Positions 49,901 to 63,525 of a stretch of DNA of 64,000 bases are shown here, in pieces (position 1 is the first letter of the stretch; each line of letters begins with the position of its first letter). This stretch comes from Selaginella moellendorffii (lineage: Eukaryota; Plantae; Lycopodiophyta): positions 2,305,266-2,369,265 of the forward strand of contig NW_003314261.1 in NCBI RefSeq assembly GCF_000143415.4, given 5' to 3'. A program made the translations under genes and the position numbers. The notes under the pieces are model-generated. The model searched no databases and had not been told where the DNA came from. It saw only the letters and a list, made by a program, of their open reading frames with translations.

Positions 49901-51400
49901 TTAACATTTATACATTTGCTAGTTAGCAACTGTATTAACGTTCAAATTAACTGAGTGGCAAATTTGAGTTAGCTGTGTTCTAAGATAAGATTGTTGAGTA
50001 GATGTTGAGTTTTGAGTTTTTTCTTGAAAAGTGATTTAGTCATAGACTATATTGACTTTATGAGAAAAAGAGTTAGTGATTGATATTGAAGATGTTGAGT
50101 CCTTGTTGAATTTGAGTTAAAGATAAATCAATCATTGATAACTTTTCTTGTGCTTGTTATGAAGTGAGTTACATCTTGCTATAGATTGATTCATAGAGGA
50201 TCGTTTGGTGATCCCTTATTGAGCATACTTTTGAATTGATGCAAACATACTCTTTGCATTATAAAGTTTAGCTTTTGGATGTGTTGAGAAAGATATTATG
50301 GGTTGTACCATGATTTCTTCTTTAGCATTGCAATTAGTTATGTGAGACTTGTGATCATTGTTCGGCAAGATTTAGCTATAAGTTTTTTTGAGTTTTTGGT
50401 TTTTTAAGTTTTATGCTCATTGTTCCATTTGTTAGAAGTTGTTAGAGAAGGCATTTTGGCTTATTATCTTCAATATTGAAATTAATATTTGCATCTGGCA
50501 ATCATTGGTGATGATTAACTATCATCTAGAATAGTTAATTATCCTTGTTAAAGATACTGCTAAATTATTGTTGGCATTGAATGATTTGCCATTTTTCATG
50601 ATGATAGATTATTTTTTTAAAATGATTATGTATCTTTTTATTGATAGGATAATTGATAATCTATCATGATAGTTAGTTGTTCTGTTTGATGGCTTTTGCC
50701 TTTTCACATTATCACATATTCTTTGTGGTTTGCTTTGGATTGGTTTCTTGGGTTTGAGACATTGGTAGGATGTTGCTGATGCTTACTTAAGCAATTTGAG
50801 TTTTTTTGAATTGTTGACCAAGATGTATTCAGATTAGCTGGTGTGATAGTTGGCATGAATGAGTATTTATTGATCTTGCCACATTCATTTTGTTCTGTTG
50901 GCTATTGCTTAAATTAGTTTTGATAGATTAGAATGTTATTTTCTTTGGGTAATACATTCATGAGCATTTTGTTTATCTGTCAATGATACTTTGTGTTCTT
51001 TTAGTTATCTTTTGTAAGTTTTTTGGTATAATGTCTACAATCTTTAGTAGTTAAGTTTTATCATTGAGTTTTCTTAATGATACACTTACTATTAAATTTT
51101 ATTGGATAGTGAATCTTATGTTTTTCAACTATAGTGATCTTGGTGGTTCCTATACTTTAATACTAGTTTATCAGATGATAACTTACTTAGAATACTTTTA
51201 TTTCTAATCTAAGATTTTTTTCTGATAATTAAGTCTTTAAGATATCACTACCGATGTTTCTCTAGTCCAGTGAAACTGATCAATGGCATTGTGATCAATA
51301 CAACAGAATCTAGTGAGCTTTGTTATTTTTGAAAAAGGACTAACATTGTGATGGTTCTTTAGGCATGTGTTGCATTCTAGCAAATCCAGGATGGCTGTTT
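47000..51400. other. ORF-free, AT-rich, T/G-skewed relic (probably an ancient decayed retroelement on the minus strand)
   Basis: No ORF of 60 aa or more across 4.4 kb; strong CG depletion and strand skew by eye; no convincing motif. Confidence 0.35.
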
Positions 51401-51989
51401 AATGCAAGTCACACACATCTCATAGATGCACAATAAGTTTTTCTAGCACACACTCGCTCTCTAATGCACTAAACACATAGACTTGTCTCCTATCTGTAGT
51501 TTATCGAGAATCTCATTCAGGCTTTGTGTCTAGAAGGAGCTCCCATCACTCACTGAACAAGCTGCACTGTCCGATGCTCCCTAGTGCTACACCAAACAAA
51601 CCATGCCAACTTGTTGTCCCATGATGCTATGAACATGGAATCCCACTTGTTTCCAATCTCAGCCATGTTACAATTCATCTCCTAAGAGAGCTAAAAGGAC
51701 CACAACCGCAGTGAGCCTCCAGCTCCCGGGCTGCTGATAGCAACAACAACAGCAGGTCCATTGAGTGATACCTAGACGAGAACTATGAGTCCAGCACCCA
51801 ATGAGTAGAAGTGATGCATTTGGACACACCTCCACAACTTGGTGTGTGTAGCTCATACCTTGGGAGATGTAGTCAAGGCTCTAGTTGGAATAGGTGGAGG
51901 CAAGAGCTTAGGCTTGTAAGTGATGTCCTTGGTAGCTCTCCAAACAAGATTCGATTGACACACATGTTTGCCTTGGTGGAGGCACCCCG

Positions 51990-54900
51990 GAACACAACCA
52001 TAGCCATGAGGTTGATTATCGGATTGAGGTTATTCCGGGTTCTAAACCACCTACAAAAGCTCCATATTGTTTGAACATCAAGGAGATGGCTGAACTCAAA
52101 AAGTAACTTACAGAGCTTCTTGACAAAGGTCATATCCGACCAAGCAAGTCACCTTATGGAGCACAATCCTTTTTGTTATGAAAAAGGATGGAACCATGAG
52201 GATGTGTATCGATTATCAAGCACTCAACAAGATCACGATCAAAAATAGTTATCCTTTGCCTTGCATTAATGACTTGTTTGACCAACTCTTAAAGGCTAAG
52301 TATTTTACGCAACTTGATTTGCAATCTAAGTATCATCAGATACGGGTGGTGGATCAGGATGTGGAGAAGACAAAGTTTAAGACCTGGTATAGATCTTATG
52401 AGTTCCTTGTCATGCCATTTGGGTTATGTAATATTCTGGCAATGTTCAGCACTATGATGGATAGAATATTCGGAGACTATTTAGACACATTTGTTGTCCT
52501 ATATATTGACGATGTTCTAGTCTTCAATGAAATGTTGGAGGATCATTTGAAACACTTGGAGCTAGTGTTTCAGAAATTGCGTGAACACTAATTGTATGAA
52601 GGAAAGTAAATGCGTTTTTGGACAATTGCGTGTAAACTTTCTCGGTTATATAATTAGTGGTAGCATAATTGAGGTCAATCCAAAGAAAGTGGAAGTGGTG
52701 AAGTCCTGGGAAGTCTTGACCACTGTATCAGATGTTCATTCTTTTCTCAGTTTGGTGGGATACTATTGCAAGTTTGTCTGCAATTTTGCAAGAATTGCTC
52801 TTCCATTGACTAAGTTGACGAAGAGTAATATTCTGTTTCATTGGACACCGGCTTGTCAACATGCTTTTGTACAGTTGAAGGAGATCTTGATTACGGTTCC
52901 TGTTTTCAAGATCTCATATCTTGATAAAGTGCATTGTGATGCATCTGGCTATGCTATTGGTGCCATGTTGCAGCAAGATTGTGACAAAGCGGTTGGTGTT
53001 ATGCTAAGGTGACATGGTTGTCTCATTGCATTCTATTCCAAGAAATTGGATGAAACTCAATGAAGATGGCCAACACATGAAAAAGAGATGTTTGCTATAG
53101 TGTCAGTCCTAGAACACTAGAGACACTACTTGGGTGGACATACCAAGGTTTATACAGATAGTAACACGCTGAGCTACTTTGCTATGCAGCCTAAGCTTAC
53201 ACTAAAGCAGGCTCGTTGGCAAGAGAAGCTCGCTACATATGATATTGAAATCATATATAAACTTGGTAAAGACAATATTGTCCCGGATGCATTGAGTTGC
53301 TAGGATCAGTTCTGGGCAATATCGGCAATCAGTTCGGATTGGTTAAAGGATGTTCGAGCTTCATATGGAAATGATCCATTGGCGAAGGCAATCTTGCACT
53401 GTGTGGAATTGTTGAAGTAGAACCCTAGTAGCAAAGTAGTGAAAGTTGCTAGTCGAACAAATGTGAAGCATCACTACTCGATTTGGGATGGGCTTATATT
53501 CTATAAGCAAGAAAAATTGTATCTTCCCTCTAAGGATCTGTAGTAGTTGTTTTTGCGGGAACATCATGATGTTTCAGCAGCAAGACATGGTGGGAAGCGA
53601 AAAACTCTAACTTCATTTAAAAAGGGATTTTTTTGGTCTGGTATGGAAGGTGATATAGTGGACTATGTCCCTACTGCCCTATATGCCAGCAATGTAAGTG
53701 CAAAACTGAGAAGTAAGCTAGAAAGTTGTAGTGCATTCCAGCACTGGCATGGCTATTTCAGAGTGTGACACTTGATTTCATCACTTGCTTGCCGAAGTCT
53801 AAGGGTTATGATACTTTGATGGTGGTTGTGGATCGATTGTCGAAGATTGCACACTTCATTCCAACTGTGGGAACAGTAAATGCGAAACAAGCAGCAAAGC
53901 TCTTTTTCCATGAAGTAGTGCGGGTTTATGGTCTTCTCGAAGAGATGATCTCAGATAGAGATTCAAGGTTTACGGGGAAGTTTTGGGGCACACTATTCCA
54001 GTTGTTCGGTACCAAGCTGAAATTCAATATGGCTTATCATCCTCAGACTGGTGGGCAGACTGAACACGTGAATGCCCAAGTTGAGGATTATCTGCGGTAC
54101 TATGTCACAGCAAACCAGCGCAACTGAGTTGAGCATTTAGACACAGCAGAAATTTGTTATAATAACACATTTCACAGCACTCTTGGCTATTCTCCATGGG
54201 AGATGCTGCAAGGAAATGCTCATGGGGTCCCTCAACAGCTTGTTGTACCGAAACCAATGTCCGAAGTGTTGGTCCTGGCCATTGAGACTTATGTGGAGCA
54301 GCTACGCCAAGGTTGGTCTAGAGCTACTGAGGCGATGGGCAAAGCTCAAGATAGGTATCGACATGATAAGGATCAGCATTGTCAGGATGTATCCAATCAA
54401 GTGGGAGATCAGGTGTGGCTATCTTCCCGAAACTTGAATATTAAGGTCTTCTTGTCCTGAAAGCTATTACCAAGATATGTTGGACCCTATCAGGTATTGA
54501 AGCAAGTTGGTGATATATCCTATAAGTTGGATATTTCAGATGAGTTGTCCTATGTACATGATGTGTTTCATGTCAATTTACTGGCACCATATCGTGTTGA
54601 TGCGGATCGCTCTATGGACATTCATCCCCCTCCGGAAGTTGTGAATGGTGACATGGAGTATGAGGTCGAGGCAATTCTCTTGTCCTACAAAGCTCGTGGT
54701 GGTCGTTCCAAGGAATATCTAGTTAAGTGGAAAGGTTACCCGACTTGTGAATCAACTTGGGAACCTCTTAGGAATCTTACACATGCTCATGAGCTTGTCA
54801 CAGAGTATGAGAATAGTAATAACTAATAAATAGCTTTTGTAAAATCTTGTAATAAATCTTGCAAATCAATAAAGTAATATATTTCTATAAATCAAAGTTT

Positions 54901-56190
54901 CGTCTCGTACTTAAGTCAGTTTTGGCAGGTTGACTTTGGCACTTCGGTGCATGGGTCCAATCCATAACCATGAGGATACTATTATAGACTAATCACAAGT
55001 CCTCACCTCTCTCTTGATGACTCATTTTCGAAAAGAGGCATGCTCATGTAAACAACTTAATCAACCAGTTTATAATAATTGTCTAAATCTTCCCGACATG
55101 ATTGATTTCTTGCTCAGAGGAAGTTGGGCCTCTAGCTTTCTCTCTATATCCCTGCGGGCAGGGATGTATCATTCCTTTGTAATCCGAGTGGTACTCAGAG
55201 CAGCATGGGTGGCTAACTCTGTTAGTCATTTCCTTGTCGGTGACGGCTGAAGAGTGTCTGAGTCTTAATGTCTTTGGACATAGAGGAGAGGCCATTCCAT
55301 AACTCATTTAAGTCGGTGCATTTCCCATATAGTGTGCTTTTCGTTAACTTTCGAAGTTGTTTCCTTGACGGTTTGCTAGACTCGGGTATGCATCGATGAG
55401 GACGTCGATCTTCCCCAAGGGGGGGAGAATGTCGCGAATGTGACTTCGGGTATCAAAAGATACTTGTTGGCTAGTCCTTACGGACACTCTTTCTTTACTG
55501 CCATGACAGTAGAAGGTCGGTACAGTTGGTTCCCTTTATTGTTCCCACTTGAGCTAGTTGAGAAACTGGTCAATGACCATGTACTTAAATCGGATAAACA
55601 TAAGGTAGGAACCCTATGTGTTTCTTGTTGAGCATACTCGGCCTGGTTTGAGAAACTCCTGTCATTGGCTTGCACTTGCTAATATCAAGAACCCTTGTGT
55701 ATTAAAACTAGTCCCTCAATATCGCTGAATGATAATTTACCGTGTTTGCCAAATACCCCCGTTATCATGCCCTTTGTGTTGGTCTCATTTCAATTCCAAA
55801 TGCTGTTTATGGAAAGTGTCTAGATTTGCTCATTTGGCATATCTACGGAATGTAGAGGTTGGCTTGAACACAATGGTGTTTGTCCTGTGTCCAAATTCAC
55901 AATCTAAAGACATTCCATATTTAGTAAGTTTCAAGCTTGTCTCAAAAAGCGTGTGTTCCGGGGGGGGGGGGGCTGTGGGGGGTTCTAAATGTATAGTAGG
56001 GATAGTGGTTAGAATGCATGTGTGACCACCTGAGACATTAGTTTGACTTCTGCTGGGCTATGTCATTCCTTATTCTGCATCCAACTTGGGTTTAAGCCCA
56101 AGCTCCACGTTGCTCTAGTTGGTGGGGTACCCTCCTCCTTGCGTTAGGCCACTGATATGCCAAAATTGTGCCAGACTCCGTCTGACACCA
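51990..56190 (+). mobile_element. 5'-truncated Ty3/Gypsy chromovirus D
   Basis: RT (KKDGTMRMCID, YIDD), RH, INT (ISDRDSRF), chromodomain (EYEVEAIL..EYLVKWKGYPTCESTWEP), PPT AAGGGGGGGAGAA 55417-55429, LTR starting TGTCGC at 55430. Both outer limits approximate. Confidence 0.82.
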
Positions 56191-56300
56191 TTATGTGTGC
56201 AAATGCTGGATACGGGAGCTGGTGCTCATGGGATTGTACCGGACCCTCGTTTCGTAGCACAATAGGCTTGGAGTTTGGCTCTAAATTCAAGTGTGATACA

Positions 56301-57476
56301 CGCAGATATCCATCATATAGATCTCATTCTTGGGATGCCATGGTTGGTGAAGGTGAATCCAAAGATAAAGTGGAGTATTAAACTTGTCTTGCTAGAGTAT
56401 GGTGGCGTTAAAGATGTGTGGTTTGGCGAGGGCATTCAACCACCAGTTGTTATGTTCTCTACTACATCTTTGAAATGGGCTTGTCATAATGGAAAAGCAC
56501 TTTCAAGTTACTTGCTATTTGTTTATGACTTGGAGGACCAAAGCACGTGTGGGGGAGAAGCAGCAATATGGGATGTACTTAACAAGTTTTCTGATGATTT
56601 TCCATTTGAACTTCCTTATAGGTTGCTTCCATTAAGTGGTGTGGAGCATGGGATTATATTGGAGCCGAGGACACGGCCAATTTACTAGTGTCCATTTCGG
56701 TTAAGTTATGCGGAAGAGCAATATGTTCAACGGCAAGTCAAGGAGTTACTTGAGTTTGAATTTATTCAGCCAAGTAAGTCTTTATTTGGTGCTCTAGTCT
56801 TGCTTGTGAAGAAGAAGGATAGTTCAATGCGGATGTGTATTGACTACCACGCTTTAAACAAGAAGACAGTGAAGGATAAGATGCTGATGCCACATGTGGA
56901 TGATATCCTAGACAAGTTTGGTGAAGCACGAGTGTTTACCAAGATTGATCTGAGGAATGGATATCATCAAATTGCAATGGATGATGCATCTATCTCCAAA
57001 ACGACATTTAACACAAGTTTCAGACATTTTGAGTTTACAGTTATGCCATTTGGTTTGACAAATGCACTAGCCAAATTTTCTCGATTAATGATGGAGGTAT
57101 TTGGGCATTATCTTCATGAGTTTGTAGAGATTTTCTTGGACGATATTCTTGTTTTTAGCAAGAATATGAAGGAGCATAAGGTGCATTTGCGCAAGGTTTT
57201 TTTGTTACTCCGACATAGCAAATTTTATGTGAAGAAGAGCAAATCTGAGTTTGCAAAGTCAGAGGTAGAATATCTAGGCCATATTGTGACATATAAAGGT
57301 GTCAAGACGGATCCAAGGAAGGTGGCTATAGTGGAAAATTGGCTTACACCGATTACAGTGGCCAAATTATGCAGTTTTCTTGGTATGGCTAGTTACTACC
57401 AATGTTTCCAACATAAGTTTGCAAAGGTGGCTATTCCTTTGACGCAATTGTTACGCAAGAATGTGCCATTCGAGTG
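56301..57476 (+). pseudogene. Internal fragment (PR-RT) of a B-family Gypsy
   Basis: Colinear and highly similar to ~21565-22696 (DLILGMPWLVKV..., FLDD). Confidence 0.85.
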
Positions 57477-57743
57477 AAAAATGAAGATGAATGAAAAGGA
57501 AAGAGTAAATGAAGGTAAATGAAAAAAAGCTAGAAGGAAAGGAAGATCTAAACAATGCAAAAGCTAAATCTAAACCAAGGGCAATCATAAATGCATGAAA
57601 TATGAAAAAGGAATATAGAAAATGTGTATATCAATTAGCCTAAAAACCTTAGCTTATATATAGGAGTGAGTGGTCCGGATTGAAACCAATTCACTATGTT
57701 AATATTAGTATACAATATTGTAGCCATACACTTAGGCCTCACA
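57477..57743 (-). repeat. Degenerate remnant of an E-family 5' LTR and leader
   Basis: 57477-57576 resembles 62728-62825; 57592-57743 resembles the 174-bp LTR. Confidence 0.75.
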
Positions 57744-58110
57744 ACTCCTATATATAAATTAGTGTTTTTGAACTAATTAAATATGCACATTTTTGTATTT
57801 CATACACTATATTGTTAGATGGTATAATATGTCAAAATATCTAAAAATATTCCATCACCTAGGTTATAGGGAATATACTTAGATTTTTAACTATCTAACT
57901 CTTTTATAATAATCTTGTGTGAGTGCATGGAATATGGAAAGGGAATACAGAAATGTGCATATCAATTAACCCAAAAACCCTAGCTTATATACAGGATCGA
58001 GTGGTCCGGATTGAAACCAATCCGACGGCTACCAAAATCCACTACGCTAATATTAGTATACGGCATCGTAGCCGTACACTTGGCCCTCACATCATCCCCT
58101 CCTAAAGCCG

Positions 58111-61100
58111 TCAGGGTTCTCTTGTAGATGGGCCGGGATCTGGAGGAACGTCAGGAGGAGGCATCGGTGGATCTGTAGACGGTATTAACTGCTCCTGATC
58201 CCTCTGTATGAAGCGTTTTAACTGCTGCACATGCACAATCTCTGGAGGATCGGCCTGCTGAATGTCATGCCGAACCTCATAAACTTGTGGTCCAACTTGC
58301 CGCAACACCCGATACGGTCCTTTCCACTGCGCAAGGAGCCCCTTAGATAAACCACGTACCGTAAGATGGGGAAAACGGACTAACACCAAATCATCCACTT
58401 TGTACTCCGCTGGTGGACGATGATGGGAATTGTAGCGCCGTTGTTGTCCCACTTGTACGCGGCCTAAGTGTTCAGCAGACTCTGCTCGGACAAGTGGAAG
58501 AATGCTTGTCAAATATTGATCCGATGACCTAGCATCAGGAGCTCGTGGCAATCGCGAAGGTAAACCTAGCTCTGTTGGTAATATTGGATCATGACCATAT
58601 AGAAGTTTATATGGTGAAGCACCAACAGAACTCTGCACCCCTGTGACATAAGCATACGAAGAGACGGCAAATAACCATCCCAATCCGAATGTTGAAAGTT
58701 CACATACTTCACAATCATCCCTTTGAATGTCCGAACGAGCCGTTCCACCAGACCGTCTGATTGTGAATGATAAGCACTCGTAAAAGTGTGGCGTATCCCC
58801 AACCGAGATGTCAAAACATGAAATACCTCAGCCATAAATGCAGGACCATTATCCGAAAGAATCCGTTCTGGACAAGAATGCTGGAACACCACTCGATTGA
58901 GGAGGAAGTATCCAACAGCAGTTGCAGAGGCACTAGCAAGAGCACCAACTTCCACCCAACGAGTCAAGTAGTCAGAAGCAATAATAACATACTCATTGCC
59001 AGCAGTCGATCGCGGAAAAGGTCCCATAAGATCAAACGCCACCAACTCAAACGGACGAGAAACTGCAATTGACTCCAACCGTCCTTCCGCAGCACAAGGG
59101 GGAGTATTACGAGCTTGGCACCAAACGCAGCTACGCACATACCGGATAATATCACGTCGCATCTCTGGCCAATAGAAAGATCTGCGCAACTTCTCGGTGA
59201 CACGACGATGTCCCATATGCCCACCTAGAATAGGAGAATCATGGTAGGCATGGAGAAACCACGGAATAAACACCGAAGGCACCACCAGCCGTAAATGAGC
59301 ATCAGGATCCATCCCCACAAAATAAAGAAGGCCATCTTCAAGGCGATATTGAGAATGTAAATGCCGAAAAGGCAAGTCATCAGCAAGTGATGCAGGATTC
59401 TCAAACCCATCTCGAAGCCTTCGAATCCACGGCTCAATCTTTTAAGCCTCGCGAACCTCATCCAGAGAAGGTAGATCTTGCTCTACGCCCTGTGGACACT
59501 GAACGTCAAGGACAGCAACCGCCGACGGCACAGAATCCTCATCTAGAAAATCCACAGATGCTGGAACAACAGGTTCGTCAGAAACATGAGAAGTGAGTGG
59601 AGAAGGAAGAGGAGCTCGAGAAAGGGCATCAGCATCAGCCATAGAACTCCCTGGGCAATGAACAACATCGAAATCATATATCTGAAGCTTCAAAGCCCAT
59701 CGAGCCGTACGACCAACCAGGTTCTTCCGCTTCAATAATGAAGTAACAGCAGCATGGTCACCTTCAAGTAACGTCCAAGAACCATGTTGATAGGCATGAA
59801 GTTTCTCGAAACCCCAGACTGCTGCTAAACACTCCTTCTCCGTCGTGGAGTAGTTCATCTCCGCTGGTTGTAATGTACGGCTTATGTATGCAATGGGATG
59901 GCGCTGACCAGGCACACTCGAGCTCTCTTGCATCAACACACCTCCAAGACCAATATCAGAAGCATCCACGCGCAAAATAAAAGGTCGAGTGTAGTCAGGA
60001 TATGCCAAAACCGGAGGAGTCGTCAATAGCTCTTTGAGATTCACGAACGCCCGCTCACAATCGGGAGACCAGATGAAAGATGACGTTGATGACTTCAGCA
60101 ACGCTCGCAATGGTAAAGTGCGATCGGAAAGATGATCCACAAAACGACCGAGATACTGCACCTTACCCAAAAAGCGCTGCACATCATTCACACACTTCGG
60201 AGTAGGGAACTTTAGAACAGCCACAAGTTTGTCAGGATCAACTTGCAAACCCTCACGAGAAATACGGTACCCAACATAAGTTGTGTCCTTGGACCCAAAC
60301 ACGCACTTCGACCGCTTCAGCTTTAAACCAACGTCACATAGCCGATCCAACACTTTACAAACATCACGAACATGCTCCTCCCACATCCCCTCCGAGTGGA
60401 TCAAGACATCATCAATGAAGTCAGCCGTCACCTCCGGCATATCGCAAAGAACCTCGTCCATCATTCACTGAAAAGTTGCTGGAGCATTGTTCAAACCAAA
60501 CGGCATCACCAAAAACTCGTATAAACCAAATGGTGTACGAAAAGCAGTCTTAGGAATATTGTCTTCAGCCATCGGTACTTGCCAATACCCAGAAGCAAGA
60601 TCTAGCTTGGTGAACCAACGACTTCGCCCCAGACGATCCAAGAGATCAGCAGTGTGAGGAAGAGGGTACATGTCCGGGATCGTCACTTCATTTAACGGAC
60701 GATAGTCGATGCAGAAACGAATACTCCCATCAGGCTTCGTCACAAGATGAGGTTCACATGCCCAAGGACTCCGCGACTTCCGAATAACACCCTTCTCCAA
60801 CATCTCCTTGACGTTTGCACGTAAAATCTTGATCTCCTTGGGTGACCGACGACGAACAGGAACCTTGATTGGACGAGCATCCCCGGTTGGAATGGGATGA
60901 CGTGTGGCAATCTTGGCCCCAGATGATAGGTCAAATTCAAAGAGATCAGAATACTCCTTCATGAGCTGGTCAACAGCTGCAACACAAAGATCATCGGAGG
61001 GATCGGAAAAGGGAAGAGCAGAACAAGATGGAAACACAAGAGGAAATAATGGGGGAACAAAAGTAATGGAAGCAGAGGTAGAAGTAGAGGGACGAAGAGG

Positions 61101-61598
61101 TACGGAAGTGAGAGGAATGGATGAAACATAAGGAAGTATGAGACAAGCGGGAAAAGCCTCAAAGTCACACTTGGCATGATTGTGCTGCAACCAATCCATA
61201 CCAAGAATGAGGTCAAAAGCTTGACTCGGCACCACCCGCAACGACTGCAACTCAAGCTCGAGATCGCCCACACGCACAACCAGGTCCGCCTCATCTCGTG
61301 CACATGCATGTGTACGGCCGTTGCCATAAAGAATGAAAACTGGATCCGCCGCACGATGCAAGTGTAGACGACAACGTGTGGCAACAGGTCGAGCAATAGA
61401 AGATAAACTCGAACCTGTATCAACCAACACGGAGAGAAGAATAGGAGACCTCTTGTTATAAAAACGAGCTTGGAAAGTAAACACTGGATGAACCGGTGCT
61501 GAGTGAACCCCTTGATGATACTCCCGAAAGAAAGATGGAGGGGTCACTAACTTATTCGCGCAAGGTCCCTCCATTACTCGCGCGACTCCTCGTTTCCC
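58111..61598 (-). pseudogene. Element E pol (PR-RT-RH-INT), reached by -1 frameshift
   Basis: ORFs 60465-61574, 59442-60464, 58566-59375, 58111-58683, with few lesions. Confidence 0.9.
61535..61598 (-). promoter_or_regulatory. -1 programmed ribosomal frameshift signal (G GGA AAC plus H-type pseudoknot)
   Basis: Slippery heptamer at 61598-61592; stem 1 TCGCGCGAG/CTTGCGCGA starts 6 nt later; loop ATGGAGGG pairs with downstream CCCTCCAT. The -1 frame runs into the pol ORF (RGVARVMEGP). Confidence 0.8.
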
Positions 61599-62727
61599 GA
61601 CCTAGTGTATTGCAGAGCATTCTCCCAGTTGAACCTTAGGATCCAGTTCAGTGTATTTCCCTCTCTGATGTATCGTCCCGATCCTTTTACCGAAGGCCAT
61701 CCTGGGAACTGGGACCTCCTTGAGAGCTATACCTGGAAACAGTGCACCACTGTTACGGGGATAAAAAACAAAAGCTTGAGGTGATGGATTGTTATGTGTT
61801 GCATGGAGAGACTAGGGGTTGTTTCCATAACAAAGACTCCTCTTCCACCGCAGCAGCACCAATGGGACGTTGCTGACGCCAAGGTCTCCACCCAGGAAAT
61901 GGAGGTCGCCAATCCGGAAAGCGCCGACAACGCCGATAAGTATGACCAACTTCATCACACGCCCAGCAACGAATGTCACAGCCACGACCACGTCCTCGCC
62001 CTTGTCCTTGGACTCGAGTAGCAGCAGCATCAACCTCCATGGGAACAGGACCATCACTCATAAGAAGTGGAGCTGAAGGACGTGTAGCAAGAAGTGGAAG
62101 AGGCGACGTCTCATAACGTTGTGCCAAGCGAAGAGCATCGTCAAGAGTGGCAGGAGCAAGTGCATGCACAAGTCCGACAAGATCTTGACGAAGTGCTGGC
62201 CACAGCATTCCTAGCTTGATCCGCTCCGACATATTTGGCTCCGCACGAAGCAAAAGACTTCGGAAACGAACGCCAAATTGCATCACCGACTCAGATGGCC
62301 CTTGGCGAAGACGATGCAATTGTTGGAAGGCATCATCACAATCGTCGGCGTGTCCGAAGGCGCGTTTGAAGACGTCCGGAAGAACACTCCAATCGCCACG
62401 AGTAGCTGCGCTCAATCCATTGTACCACTGCAATGCCGTCCCTTGAAGACATGTGGGGAACTCACGCAAACGTCGAGCATCATCCCAAGAATGATATATG
62501 GCAATCACCGTGAAGTGATCGAACCAATGGTACACATCATCCCTAGGATTCCCACGAAAGAACTCTGGCCGAACGCGAGGATTGGCACCAAAAGCAGGAG
62601 GAGTTGTACCATGTGCCGTGAACGCCGCCATCAACTGAGTTTGGTTGTTCAATTGCAGGCGCATAGCATCAAGCAATTGAACCAACTGCTGCTCTAGAGT
62701 CAAAGGAGGAGATTGCGGATCAGCCAT
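61573..62727 (-). pseudogene. Element E gag (interrupted by 233-bp insertion at 61602-61834)
   Basis: RPEFFRG..ALQWY..LRQGPSESV gag core and CCHC; with the insertion removed it ends EEESGNEESRE*. Confidence 0.88.
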
Positions 62728-63525
62728 GAAAATGAATGAGAAAGAAAGAGCAAAAGAAGAGAAATGACAAAAAGCTGGAAAGAAATGGTAGATCTAGACA
62801 ATGCAAAAAGCTAGATCTAAACCAAAATCCTGAAAGGAAAGAACAAAAGAAAGGAAATGGAAAAAGCTAGATCTAGACAATGCAAAAGCTAGATCTAAAT
62901 CGAAATCCCAAATCCAAGCACTCCCCAAGGACAATCAAAGGTGCCCCTCAACTCCACCAATGTGAGTGCATGGAATATGGAAAGGGAATACAGAAATGTG
63001 CATATCAATTAACCCAAAAACCCTAGCTTATATACAGGATCGAGTGGTCCGGATTGAAACCAATCCGACGGCTACCAAAATCCACTACGCTAATATTAGT
63101 ATACGGCATCGTAACCGTACACTTGGCCCTCACACTTGTATTTATAGTTTATAAGCATATTTATAATTTATTAGACTCTTTATAGTATATTTTATTATTT
63201 TATCTAAAGTATTTATATTCTATTATTTACCAGATCATCATAGATTGATCAATTAGATTAATAAATAATAATAAATAAGCATTTAAGCCAATCACTCGGT
63301 GCTCGGTGCTAAGAAACATTCGACTGATTTTAGTGTTGATGATCAAAACTTCTGGGGTGCAAGTGTGATGGAGACATTGAGCTTGGGATAAAAGCAACAT
63401 TTAGTAGGTTTTGTAACCCTGTTCACAACCCTGGCTTGCCACTCAACTGAGACTTGTTCTTCGTCTGTGATCTTTAGAGCCGTTTGGCCTATTCTAGCTG
63501 CGAGCTTGCTAGCTCGAACAAAGGT

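Larger units (their letters stand above)
57918..63134 (-). mobile_element. Young non-chromoviral Ty3/Gypsy element E (5.2 kb)
   Basis: 174-bp LTRs 57918-58091 and 62961-63134 with one visible mismatch; 4-bp TSD CTTG; PBS TGGTGGAG.. (tRNA-Ala-like); PPT TTTAGGAGGGGATGA; gag with CWACDEVGHTYRRC; PR (VDTGS); RT (FIDD); RH; INT with GPY. Confidence 0.95.

Noticed and set aside
61751-61832. TGTTA...TAACA segment as a solo LTR
   Set aside because: Flanks (ACCAC / AAGAC) do not form a TSD; it lies within the larger 233-bp insertion.
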